Assembly (NCBI GenBank): GCA_963849325.1
Contig: CAWKHF010000012.1
Location: 384,001-448,000 of the forward strand
Source: an uncultured Planctomycetota bacterium
GTDB lineage: Bacteria; Planctomycetota; Planctomycetia; Gemmatales; Gemmataceae
Length of the DNA: 64,000 nt
Direction: 5' to 3'
Part shown: piece after piece, positions 53,658 through 62,922 of the stretch
Numbering within the stretch: position 1 is the first letter of the stretch
How the letters are laid out: the number at the start of each line of letters is the position of its first letter
Program-made: the position numbers and the translations under genes
The notes under the pieces: model-generated
The model's input: only the letters and a program-made list of their open reading frames with translations
Told to the model about the DNA's origin: nothing
The model's database searches: none

Positions 53658-55223
53658 CTACTTCGTTTCCGCGGCCGGCAAGGGTTGGTGCGTCTTGAGG
53701 TCATAACGACCGCCCGCCGGGACGGCTTCGTAGTCGGGACCACTTTCTTTGCGCGGTTTGTTGCGATCGTAGAAGTAAACCTTGCCGTTGCCCAGGACCG
53801 CCCCGACGTGGCCTTGCACAACCAGGGCCGTCGCCTCGTCGATGCCAATACCCAACATCTGCGGGTAGGTGTTCGCCAGGGCGGTCATGTCGGCGAAGCG
53901 ATTGCGTTTGGTAAAGTGCTGATCGACGGCGGCGCCGGGCAGAAAACCCAGGCCGCGCTCGTAGCCCTCGCACATCATGTCGGTGTTGTTGAGTGGACTG
54001 CCGCGCACCAGGTACTCGGCCTGGATGGAGGCGCCGGCCGAACTGCCGCCGATGACGCCGCCGCGACGCAGCACGGCGCGGAAGAGCGGTTCCGCCTTCG
54101 TCCCCTCGTAGGCGTCCATGAAGCGCCATTGCCGGCCGCCGCCGAACCAGATGCCCTTTGCTTCCCGCAAGATTTCCAGGTTTTTCGGGTCTTCAACGTC
54201 TTTTAATTTCCTTTTCGGCAGGACGTGGACGTTACGGGCGCCGGCCTTCTCGAACTGGGCAATCTCGCCGTAGCGGGCGGGGATGGGATCGGGCTGGGCG
54301 GTCGGCAGGAAGACGATCGGTGCCTCGGGACCGCCGGCCAGATCGAGAAACTTGCGCAGGACGGTGGGCGGCATGCCGCCGCCGCCGACGATGACGAGAG
54401 CGCCGTGCGGCACTTCCGGCACAGCGGCTTTCGCCGGCGGAAAGGCCGGCCCACTCCGCGCCGCGCCGCGCGTCGCCACATCGTCCAATCGGACTCGGCC
54501 CCAGCCTTCAACGTAACGATCCGGGCTGGCCGCGATGGGCAGGCGGCCAGGCACACGCTTACCGTGCCCTTGCCGAGAACGCGCATGTCGCGGCCCTTGA
54601 CGAGCAACGCCGCACCGTCGTCGATGTCGAGTCCGACCAGACCCGGCGCCTCGTTCAGCACCTGGAGAAGCCGATGCTTCGGCTCGCTCGTATCGTGGAG
54701 GGCGATTACGGCTCCGGGCAGAAGATCGAAACCCCGCTGTGTCTCCGCCTTCTTGTGGGCCAGCATCCGCCGTGATATGGCCGCCGTGCCACCGACGACG
54801 CCGCCGCGCTGAAGAACGCCGTTCAATTCCTTCTCGAGCGCCGTGCCGGGGTAAACGCCGCCATCGATCCAGACGCCGGTCGCCTGCCGCAGCGGCTTGA
54901 GCGACGCGGCGTCATCGGCCATCGGACGCGACGCGCACTTCCACGAGCACGACGGACGCCGGCTTGCGAGCCTTCCAGGTTGCGAGTGGATCGTCCGCGT
55001 TCGCGCCGTCCGAGAGGACGACAAGCTCCGCCTTGTCGCCTCCAGCCTGTTGCAAGAAACGGTCCCGCGCCGCCTCCGGCACCGTTCCGCCGCAAATCAC
55101 CAGGGCGCCGTCGATCCCTTCGGGACGCAGGCGCGGCGCCGGCTGGTCTTCGGCTCCTGCCGGGGCCGCGAACGCGACGAGGGCCGAGGATAGAAGGACC
55201 AGGCCGAGGAAATGTCGTTTCAT
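53658..55223 (-). CDS. Cyanophycinase-like peptidase S51, secreted, two domains (frameshifted)
   Basis: Signal peptide; GALVIVGGG, WFGGGRQ, IGGSSAGA, DQHF, GIGIDEAT. Confidence 0.85.
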
Positions 55224-55238
55224 ACTGTCTCCTTGCTC

Positions 55239-55307
55239 GGTAGGGTGGGTCGAGGGACGAGACCCACCGCTGCTCTTGGTGGGTCTCGTCCCTCGACCCA
55301 CCCTACC
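55239..55307. repeat. GTAG-type REP doublet
   Basis: GGTAGGGTGGGTCGAGGGACGAGACCCACC and its reverse complement. Confidence 0.9.
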
Positions 55308-55517
55308 AAACCAACGCTCCACCGGAAACGATTCTTGTAGCTGTGAGGTTATCGCGTTCTTGTCTCAACTAGGGGCTTTCGTCGCGCCCGGGAAGCGGGT
55401 AGGCTATCAGGGTTCCCTCGATGATGGCGAGGCGAGATGGTCAACCGGCGGAGCCGGCCGCCGAGACGGCGACCGATACCGCGACCTCATCTCCGGCTCC
55501 CGAAGCCGGCCGCGACC

Positions 55518-57266
55518 ATGGCCAACGTATGCGCGTATCAATTCGTCCTTCGGCCGCGCGAAGGGCAGAGCAGTGCGGACTGTCTCGATGCCGTGCGCGA
55601 CGAGATCGCCGATTGGATTTGCGACATCTATCGCGCCGTCGGCCTGGAGGGCGTGGCCATCCCGTTTGACGGCACCTGCCTGGCGCCGCATCCGACGCAT
55701 GAATTGTGGTCCGAACAGCGCGAGTGCTCGACGCATCGGCTGGCGACGATCGAATGGGTGTGGCCGGAAGACGTGGACCCGACGCTATCCTGGCTGTTGG
55801 CCTGCACGGTGGCCTGTGACGATAAGGCGGTGCAGGTGTCGCTGCTGGTGCAGATCGTGTCGCGGCCGTTCGTGCTGCGGCCGCTGCACTTCGCCCTGAC
55901 GGAGAACAACCCGTTGGCGTTCCTGCCGGCGTTGGCGGCGCACCTGCTACGACTGTGGCCCGGCCAGATCGGCGATTGGCCGATCGCCACGCAGGTGCGC
56001 ATGCTGCGCGCCAACGCCATCGACCGCTTCGTGCGGGAAACGCTGCGCGACCCGGCACGGCCGCTGCCCGTGGTGGTCGTCAACCTCGCCGGTCCCGTCA
56101 ACCTGCGCGGCGATGGTTTGCAGGGCGCCCAGGTCCGACTTCTGGGCTTGGCCCAGCTGGCCGCCCTCGTCAACGCGCCGGCGGCGCAGCGCCTCTCGAA
56201 GCTGCTGCCGGAGGATGCTCCCTGGGAAGGCTGTCCGGTTCGCGTCTATTGGCCGTTCTCGGTGCGCGACGTGCCCGGCTCGCACGCCTTGCTCAGTCCC
56301 GCGGAGATGGAGCAGGAGTTGCAAACCCGCTCGCTCGATCAGATTCTGCTCTCCAAGTTCGTCGAATTCAACGCCCTGCGCTATCGGGAAGGCGACTTGA
56401 TCCGGGCGGCCCGGTTGGCGGTGGACCGCGAAGGGGCCGGCTGGCGCCAGGTGGCGAATGCGGCCGAGAGGGAGCTGGAGTCCGTTCGCGCCGAGGCGCG
56501 TCGCGTGCAGGAGGAGCGCGATCGACTCCGTCAGGAGTGCGAGGCGACCCGGCAAGCCCTACGCTCGCTGCAAGCGGACCTGGCCGCCCGCCAGGAGCCG
56601 GCCCACACCGAGTCGTTCGACGAATTGGCCGCCGAGTTGGAACGAGCCTGGGATGACAACCGCCGGCTAACCGCGGAGGTCGAGGCCGATCGTCGGCAGC
56701 TGGAGCAACTGCGCGAGGAGCTGCACATCCACCAGGAGAACTGGGGCCTGCTGGCGGCGTCGCGCGCCGCGGACGGACGGGCGGCGGCGACGGCCCCGCC
56801 GGGCGAGCGCGTCTTCACCTCGGCGGCTGACGCCCTCCAGGGTGCGGCCACGGATTTCGCCGACGTGGTCGCCGTCTGGGAGGACGCCGTTCGCTCCGCC
56901 GAGGCGTCGCTTTTCCGAACGCCGGGCAAGGTCTACCGTGCCCTGGAAGCTATCGCCGACGTGGGACGAGCCTATTTCCAGGCCAAGGACGGCGGTTCGC
57001 CGCTGGGGCCGGTCGAACGCGCCTTCGCCTGCCGCGTACCGTTCAAGTACACCGGCTTCGAGAGCCAAACGACCCTTCGCCTCTACGGCGCGGAGCGCGT
57101 CTTCCACCACCACGAGCAGAGCCGGCAAATGCAACGACATCTGACGCTGGGCGGCGGCGACACCAATAACTGTTTGCAAATCTATTTCGACTTCGACGAC
57201 GCATCGCAGCGCGTGCTGATCGGCTATTGCGGCCGACACCTGCCCTATCACCGTCAGCGGACGTGA
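55518..57266 (+). CDS. Hypothetical multidomain protein with central coiled coil and putative RelE-like C-terminal domain
   Basis: Uninterrupted ORF; about 110-aa heptad region; C-terminus MQRHLTLGGG..CLQIYF..VLIGYCGRHL. Confidence 0.8.
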   Translation: MANVCAYQFVLRPREGQSSADCLDAVRDEIADWICDIYRAVGLEGVAIPFDGTCLAPHPTHELWSEQRECSTHRLATIEWVWPEDVDPTLSWLLACTVACDDKAVQVSLLVQIVSRPFVLRPLHFALTENNPLAFLPALAAHLLRLWPGQIGDWPIATQVRMLRANAIDRFVRETLRDPARPLPVVVVNLAGPVNLRGDGLQGAQVRLLGLAQLAALVNAPAAQRLSKLLPEDAPWEGCPVRVYWPFSVRDVPGSHALLSPAEMEQELQTRSLDQILLSKFVEFNALRYREGDLIRAARLAVDREGAGWRQVANAAERELESVRAEARRVQEERDRLRQECEATRQALRSLQADLAARQEPAHTESFDELAAELERAWDDNRRLTAEVEADRRQLEQLREELHIHQENWGLLAASRAADGRAAATAPPGERVFTSAADALQGAATDFADVVAVWEDAVRSAEASLFRTPGKVYRALEAIADVGRAYFQAKDGGSPLGPVERAFACRVPFKYTGFESQTTLRLYGAERVFHHHEQSRQMQRHLTLGGGDTNNCLQIYFDFDDASQRVLIGYCGRHLPYHRQRT

Positions 57267-57278
57267 ACGGCGAACTCC

Positions 57279-57337
57279 TGTCCGAGCCTGAAGCGTAAGC
57301 GAAGGGATGCTCTTCGCTTACGCTTCAGGCTCGGACA
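57279..57337. repeat. REP-like palindrome, family C
   Basis: Inverted repeat. Confidence 0.9.
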
Positions 57338-57617
57338 AGAGTTTCCCTCGGCGACACCACAGGAAGCGCGTCCAGCCGAGCGGGCCGAGCCATTCGGCGG
57401 CGACGAAGCAGCCGCGGTGCTCGCCGGCCAGGCGCGGGACATCCGCGTGCAAGCGCTTGCCGCTCACCTCCGCCCCCTGGTACTCGCGCAGCACTTGCTC
57501 CACTTCGCCATCCTCGCCGCCGCGCAGCAGCACCACGCGGCGCGGACAGCGCGGCGACGAAGAGACGGGCCGCGCCGGGTCGTGGCCCGGCACGACGCCA
57601 TTACTCGACGGTCCCAT
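57318..57617 (-). CDS. Small hypothetical protein
   Basis: 99-aa ORF with globular-looking core (VAAEWLGPLGWTRFLWC); stop lies inside a REP. Confidence 0.5.
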   Translation of the reverse strand: MGPSSNGVVPGHDPARPVSSSPRCPRRVVLLRGGEDGEVEQVLREYQGAEVSGKRLHADVPRLAGEHRGCFVAAEWLGPLGWTRFLWCRRGKLLSEPEA

Positions 57618-57711
57618 GTCTTTTCCGATCTCCGGATTGCTCTTGCACTGTCCGCACCCGCTGCGCTATCGTTCGCCTCCCTTTTCGCAGCCTCGGCGCG
57701 GAGAGGCGCGC

Positions 57712-57745
57712 AAAAAAAGCGGTGGCGCAGCCTTGCGCCACCGCT
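57712..57745 (-). terminator. Rho-independent terminator
   Basis: Minus strand AGCGGTGGCGCA-loop-TGCGCCACCGCT followed by a T run. Confidence 0.85.
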
Positions 57746-57845
57746 CCTCTTGAGGTGGGTCAGCACCACACGACAACGACACTTCTGGCAGGTAACGGCT
57801 CAAGGGGGCAGGTTTCGTGTGGCTCACCACCTCTTGATGGGGTTC
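57712..57845 (-). ncRNA. Candidate small RNA
   Basis: Long imperfect hairpin 57752..57833 directly followed by an intrinsic terminator; no credible CDS upstream on that strand. Confidence 0.5.
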
Positions 57846-57900
57846 CTTATCGACCGGGACGAGTGCCGGTCTTGAAGAAACTTGCCGAAACGAGGCAATC

Positions 57901-58803
57901 ATGGCCCCTTGCGGGAATCGGCGTCGGTCCTTGCGTGGGCTGGCCGTGCCGCTGCTTCTGTCCCTCGCCGTACATGGGCTGTTGTTGTTGGTGCTGGGAT
58001 TGTTTCCGGCACGTTCTCGTGGGCCGACCCTCGCCATCGAGGACACGCGCGTGGCCCTGGATCTGTGCCTGCTCGATCCCGGTCCCTCCGCGAACCGTTC
58101 GCCGCGCGAGACGCCCGCCTCTCCGCGCGATCTCAACGTGTCCACGGATTTCCGCCCGCAATTGAACGAGTCCCCGATTGTCGCCGGGCCGGACGTGGTC
58201 GGGTCCGCACCGACGCTGTCGTTCGCCGGTCCCCTCGGCCGAACCGATGGTCCCGCCGGTTCGCCGAAGGACGGCGGCCGCGTCGTCGGCAGTCTGTTCT
58301 CTCCGCCGACGATGGCGGCCCGCGTCGTCTACGTCCTCGATCGTTCCGTGAGCATGGGCATGGACAACAAACTGGAGCGGGCTTGTCAGGAATTGCTCGC
58401 CGGCTTGCGGCGTCTGCCGTCCGCGACGCGCTTCCAGGTCGTCGCCTACAACAACCACGCCGAGCCGTTGGTGATTCACGGTTCGGTCGATTGGTTGACG
58501 GCCGAGCCGGCGGTACTCGAAGAGGTCGGCCTGGCGCTGGCCAGGCTCGCAGCCGCCGGCGGCACCGATCACGCCAACGCCCTGCGCCGCGGACTGGCCC
58601 TTCGGCCCGACGTGCTTTTTTTCGTCACCGACGCCGACGACCTGCCGCCGGAGCAGGTCGCCCTCGTCACGCGCGGCAACCCAGGCGCCGTCATTCACGC
58701 CATCGAGCTGACGAGGCGACGCCATCCCCGTTCCGACAGCTCGCTCGCGCGCCTGGCGCGCGACAACGGCGGTAGCTATCGCTGCGTCTGGATTGGCGAT
58801 TGA
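57901..58803 (+). CDS. Membrane-anchored vWA domain protein
   Basis: SLAVHGLLLL anchor; VVYVLDRSVSM, GGT, FFVTD, LARDNGGSY. Confidence 0.85.
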   Translation: MAPCGNRRRSLRGLAVPLLLSLAVHGLLLLVLGLFPARSRGPTLAIEDTRVALDLCLLDPGPSANRSPRETPASPRDLNVSTDFRPQLNESPIVAGPDVVGSAPTLSFAGPLGRTDGPAGSPKDGGRVVGSLFSPPTMAARVVYVLDRSVSMGMDNKLERACQELLAGLRRLPSATRFQVVAYNNHAEPLVIHGSVDWLTAEPAVLEEVGLALARLAAAGGTDHANALRRGLALRPDVLFFVTDADDLPPEQVALVTRGNPGAVIHAIELTRRRHPRSDSSLARLARDNGGSYRCVWIGD

Positions 58804-59780
58804 GGGTCGGCGATCCAGCCCCGCGCTTCTTCCAGCACAAGGGTCTTCATCGCCTCGATCCACGCCGGATGATCGTTCAGACAGGGGCAGCGATGCAGCC
58901 GTTCGCCGCCGGCGTGCTGGAACGCCTCGCGCGCCTCGCGGCCAATCTCGTCGATCGTCTCCAGGCAATCGCTGGTGAATCCCGGCGTGGCGACGAAGAC
59001 GCGCTTGACGCCGGCTTGGGCCAACCGTACCAGCGTCCGATCCGTGTACGGCTTCAGCCATTCCTCGCGGCCAAACAGCGATTGAAACGTCTGCGTCCAG
59101 CGCGGACGCGGCCAGCCGAGCCGGCGGACCAATGCCGCCGTGGTCCGCTTGACGTGCGTGGCATACGGGTCGCCGCTTTGAGCGTAGCGGATGGGGATGC
59201 CGTGAAAGCTGAGCAGGTAGTGGTCCGGCTGCCACGGCAGTCGGGCCAGTTCGTCGCGGATGACGGCGGTCACGGCGTCGAGGTAAGCGGGGTGCTCGTA
59301 GTAAGGCGGCACGATGCGCAGGGCCGGCACGCGCCGCTCGCCCATGAGCGCCTGAAAGAGCACGTCCGTCGCCGATGCCGTCGTCGTCGCCGAATACTGC
59401 GGATACATCGGCAGCACGATCAGCCGCTCGACGCCTTGCTCGATCAGCCCGCGCACGACCGACGCCAGCGACGGATTGCCGACCTGCATCCCGAACGCCA
59501 CCGGCACGCCGGGCAGCGCCTTTTGCAGTTCGGCCGTTTGCCGCCGCGTCCAGTGCAGCAGCGGCGAGCCGGTGACGGAATCCCAGATGCGTTGATACTT
59601 CGCCGCCGATTGGCGCGGCCGAAACGGCAGAATGAAGAGGTTGAGGACGAACCACCACGTCAATCGCGGGGCTTCGATGACGCGGGGATCGCCGAGGAAC
59701 TGGCGGAGATAGCGGCGCAGGGCCGGGGCCGTGGGCGCGTCGGGAGTGCCGAGCTGGATGAGAAGAACGCCGGTGCTCAT
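58776..59780 (-). CDS. hemH: Ferrochelatase
   Basis: GVLLIQLGTP, FLGDPRV, PMYPQYS, SFHGIP, FQSLFGREEWLKP, FTSDCLET. Confidence 0.95.
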   Translation of the reverse strand: MSTGVLLIQLGTPDAPTAPALRRYLRQFLGDPRVIEAPRLTWWFVLNLFILPFRPRQSAAKYQRIWDSVTGSPLLHWTRRQTAELQKALPGVPVAFGMQVGNPSLASVVRGLIEQGVERLIVLPMYPQYSATTTASATDVLFQALMGERRVPALRIVPPYYEHPAYLDAVTAVIRDELARLPWQPDHYLLSFHGIPIRYAQSGDPYATHVKRTTAALVRRLGWPRPRWTQTFQSLFGREEWLKPYTDRTLVRLAQAGVKRVFVATPGFTSDCLETIDEIGREAREAFQHAGGERLHRCPCLNDHPAWIEAMKTLVLEEARGWIADPQSPIQTQR

Positions 59781-59796
59781 GCGATCAGCGATCAGC

Positions 59797-59865
59797 GATC
59801 GGCCAGCCCGGAGCGTCCGCGACGGGAAGCCGCTTCCCGTCGCGGACGCTCCGGGCTGGCCGATC
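59797..59865. repeat. REP-like palindrome, family B variant
   Basis: AGCCCGGAGCGTCCGCGACGGGAAG and its reverse complement. Confidence 0.85.
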
Positions 59866-59871
59866 ATCGAT

Positions 59872-60180
59872 TCACTTCTTCTTGCACTCGGGGCCTTCCT
59901 GCGCGTCGCCCTTCTCGGTGATGTGGCCTTCGCCGCTGTCTTTCAGAGCGGTGGAGCGTTCGGCGTTGAGCGGCGTGAAGCTGGTCCACTGGGCCGGCAC
60001 ATTGGCCTCGGCGAAGATGGCCTCGACCGGGCACTCGGGGACGCACGCCTCGCAGTCGATGCAGTCCGCCGGATCGATGTACAGCATCTTCTCGTCTTGA
60101 TAGAAGCATTCCACCGGGCAGACCGCCACGCAGTCGGTGTACTTGCAGTCGTAGCACGGCTGGCAGACGGTGTGAGTCAT
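59872..60180 (-). CDS. Ferredoxin (FdxA-like)
   Basis: CYDCKYTDCVAVCPVECF and CIDCEACVPECPVEAI. Confidence 0.93.
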   Translation of the reverse strand: MTHTVCQPCYDCKYTDCVAVCPVECFYQDEKMLYIDPADCIDCEACVPECPVEAIFAEANVPAQWTSFTPLNAERSTALKDSGEGHITEKGDAQEGPECKKK

Positions 60181-60423
60181 CGCAATCGGGTCCTTTCTAC
60201 AAAAGGGCACACCCCGGACGCTGTTGTCCGAGGGCCACGCCAAAGCGACGGAGGGAACCAGAAGACTCCCCCTCGGGAACAGGCTTTTCTTCTCCGTAAT
60301 CCATACCAAGTACCTTGTCCGCTGTCCAGGAAATATCGACCTTCGCCGAATGGTTTCGCCGACCTCGATCTCCTTGCCGCGGCGAACGCGACGGCTTACG
60401 ATAAGAGCGAGTGAACCAAACGC

Positions 60424-60483
60424 ATCCGAGCCTGAAGCGTAAGCGAAGAAACTCCTATCTTCGCTTACGCTTCAGGCTCGGAT
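60424..60483. repeat. REP-like palindrome, family C
   Basis: Inverted repeat. Confidence 0.9.
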
Positions 60484-60507
60484 AAAAACTCTTCCGAGAA
60501 CGGCAAC

Positions 60508-61178
60508 ATGCACGCCGACAAACCGACGAACGACAACGGCCTGGCCGGCGGATGGGCGGTCGGTATGGCCGTCGCCGCAGGGCTGATTCGACTGCTCCCC
60601 CATCCCTGGCATTTTACGCCGGTCGGCGCGCTGGGTCTGTTCGGCGGTGCCCGGCTCGCGCGGCGTGGGCCTTTGTTCTGCCCCTCAGCGTCATGGCTGT
60701 GACCGACCTGCTTCTGTGGGCGATCCGCGGCAATCCCCCCTTTAATCCCTGGGTCTACGCCTGCTTCGCATTAACCGTCTTGTGGGGCCAGTTGTTTCTG
60801 CGAAGCGGCGGGGCCGGACGCATCGCCGCCGTGAGCGTGCTGGTCAGCGTCCAGTTCTTTCTGGTGACGAACTTCGGCGTCTGGCTGGCCAGCAGCGTGG
60901 ATGCGCGGACGCTGCCGGAGGGGACCGTCGTGGTATGGAAGGAAATCCCCGGTTTGCCGGCCGCGGTCCCGTCTGCCTACGCGCGCAATCTGTCCGGCCT
61001 CGTCGGTTGCTACGTCGCGGCCCTGCCGTTCGCCGGCACCAACGCACCGCCGCTGGGCTTCTTCGGCAATCAACTGGCCGGCGATCTGTTCTACAGTGCC
61101 CTTCTGTTCGGAGCCTACGCCTGGCTCCGTCGCGGCGTCCTGCTGCCGCGCCCGCTGGCCGATCCGAGGACGTCATGA
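60508..61178 (+). CDS. DUF6580-like putative transporter membrane protein (frameshift near 60660)
   Basis: RLLPHPWHFTPVGALGLFGGA; FFLVTNFGVW; CYVAALPF; GDLFYS. Confidence 0.75.
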
Positions 61179-61462
61179 AATACGCCGCCATCATCGAGTA
61201 CAGTCAGGACAAGGACAAGGTCCAATCGATTCGGCCGGTGCATCGTCAATATCTGACCGCGCTGCGCGAGCGCGGCCAGCTCGTCGCCGCCGGGCCGTTC
61301 ACCGACGACAGCGGCGCCCTCATCGTCTACGAGGCCGCCTCCGCCGAGGAAGCCGAGAAGCTCGTGCGGGGCGATCCGTTCCATCAGAACGGCATCTTCC
61401 TCCGCTACGTTCTGCGGCCGTGGAACCCGGTCCTCGCCAACCGCGAGCTATTCCCCGCCTGA
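61175..61462 (+). CDS. YciI family protein
   Basis: RPVHRQYL, AAGPF, GALIV, DPF motifs. Confidence 0.88.
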   Translation: MKYAAIIEYSQDKDKVQSIRPVHRQYLTALRERGQLVAAGPFTDDSGALIVYEAASAEEAEKLVRGDPFHQNGIFLRYVLRPWNPVLANRELFPA

Positions 61463-61481
61463 AGAATTATTTCCCCCGGAG

Positions 61482-61533
61482 TAGCCCGGAGCGCAAGCGA
61501 CGGGTTTTCACCCGTCGCTGGCGCTCCGGGCTA
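61482..61533. repeat. REP-like palindrome, family B
   Basis: Inverted repeat preceded by GTAG. Confidence 0.9.
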
Positions 61534-61546
61534 GTTGAGAAAGCTC

Positions 61547-61574
61547 TTGACGGCGCCGGGCAGGCACCTATCAT
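61547..61574 (+). promoter_or_regulatory. Putative sigma70 promoter for rplM-rpsI
   Basis: TTGACG-16 nt-TATCAT. Confidence 0.55.
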
Positions 61575-61617
61575 AGCTTTTTCGGTCCCGAGTTCTGCAC
61601 GAGATGGAAAGACGAGC

Positions 61618-62052
61618 ATGTCCACCTTCATGGCCAAGCCGGAGCAGGTGTCGCGGCGCTGGTTGCTGATCGACGCCACGGACCAGGTGGTTGGCCGCCT
61701 GGCGGTGCAGATCGCCAACATCCTGCGCGGCAAGCACCGTCCCGAGTACACGCCGCACGTCGATACCGGCGAGTTTGTCATCGTCATCAACGCCGAGAAG
61801 GTCCGCTTCACCGGCAAGAAACTGCAAACCAAGACGTATCGCTGGTACACGCGCTATCCGGGCGGTCTCAAGGTGGTCCTGGCCCGCGACGTGATGCAGA
61901 AGCACCCGGAGCGCATCCTGCAAGAGGCCGTGCGGCGCATGGTGCCGCGCAACAAGCTCGGCCGGCAGCAGATGACTAAGCTGAAAATCTACGCCGGGTC
62001 GTCCCATCCGCACCAGGCGCAGCAACCCGTGGCCTTCCCGCTGGCACCGTGA
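61618..62052 (+). CDS. rplM: 50S ribosomal protein L13
   Basis: LRGKHRPEYTPHVDTGEFVIVINAEK; HPHQAQQP. Confidence 0.97.
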   Translation: MSTFMAKPEQVSRRWLLIDATDQVVGRLAVQIANILRGKHRPEYTPHVDTGEFVIVINAEKVRFTGKKLQTKTYRWYTRYPGGLKVVLARDVMQKHPERILQEAVRRMVPRNKLGRQQMTKLKIYAGSSHPHQAQQPVAFPLAP

Positions 62053-62066
62053 TTCGGAGAGAGATC

Positions 62067-62527
62067 GTGGCCGACACGAAGACGACGACAAAGAAGACCT
62101 ATTATCTCGGTACGGGCCGGCGCAAGACGTCGGTGGCCCGCGTTCGCCTCTGTGAGGGTTCGGGCCAGATTGTCATCAACGGCCGGGGGCTGGACGAGTA
62201 TTTCACCGAGGAGAAGGACCGCAAGGCCGTCGTCGGGCCGCTCGAAGTCACCGAGATGCGCGGCCGTCTCGACCTGTTCGTCAAGGTGCAGGGCGGCGGC
62301 ATCACTGGCCAGGGCGGCGCCGTCTGCCAGGGTGTCGCTCGGCGCTGAAGCAGATGTTCGGTCTGACGACCGGGCAGCAGGAAGGCACCGACGGCACCGA
62401 CCAGGTCAGCAGCATGGCCAAGAAGCTGCGCGATTCGCACTTCCTGACCCGCGACGGCCGCATGAAGGAACGCAAGAAATACGGTCGCAAGGGCGCCCGC
62501 AAGAGCTTCCAGTTCTCCAAGCGCTGA
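62067..62527 (+). CDS. rpsI: 30S ribosomal protein S9 (frameshift near 62340)
   Basis: [43 protein letters not shown]. Confidence 0.95.
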
Positions 62528-62551
62528 TTCGGGCCGCTTGCGATTCCTTTC

Positions 62552-62617
62552 GTTTAGCCGCGACGCGCAGCGGAGCGCGGGCCATCCACCGCGCTCCGCT
62601 GCGCGTCGCGGCTAAAC
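62552..62617. repeat. REP-like palindrome, family A
   Basis: Inverted repeat downstream of rpsI. Confidence 0.9.
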
Positions 62618-62645
62618 AGAGAACTCGTCCGGAGCGGCCGGCTCC

Positions 62646-62674
62646 TTGACAGATTTCGCCTCCCTCTCCATAAT
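62646..62674 (+). promoter_or_regulatory. Near-consensus sigma70 promoter
   Basis: TTGACA-17 nt-CATAAT. Confidence 0.75.
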
Positions 62675-62922
62675 TCCATGTACATCTTTTCGTCCGAGAA
62701 GGACGTGCGAGCGACCGCGTCCTTCTCCTCGCTCCCGCCGGGAACGAGTGGACGATGCGGTCCAAATTTTGCCCAGTCTCCAAGGTCGCTCCCCGCACGC
62801 CGGTTGGACCGGAGGTGCCGTGCGGGTGCGGAGGTCTGCTCTGGGGAAACGTTGGCGCGGACACCGCGGTAAACCTCTTTACCGCGGGGAGACGTTGAAA
62901 TCTTCTCTACTCGGGAGGCGCC

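Noticed and set aside
60181-60507. Cobalamin riboswitch upstream of the DUF6580-like gene
   Set aside because: No recognisable B12-box or conserved core by eye; part of the region is a REP-like element.
5634-62617. REP-like palindromes as Rho-independent terminators or tRNAs
   Set aside because: They lack U-tracts and cloverleaf motifs and recur as sequence families.
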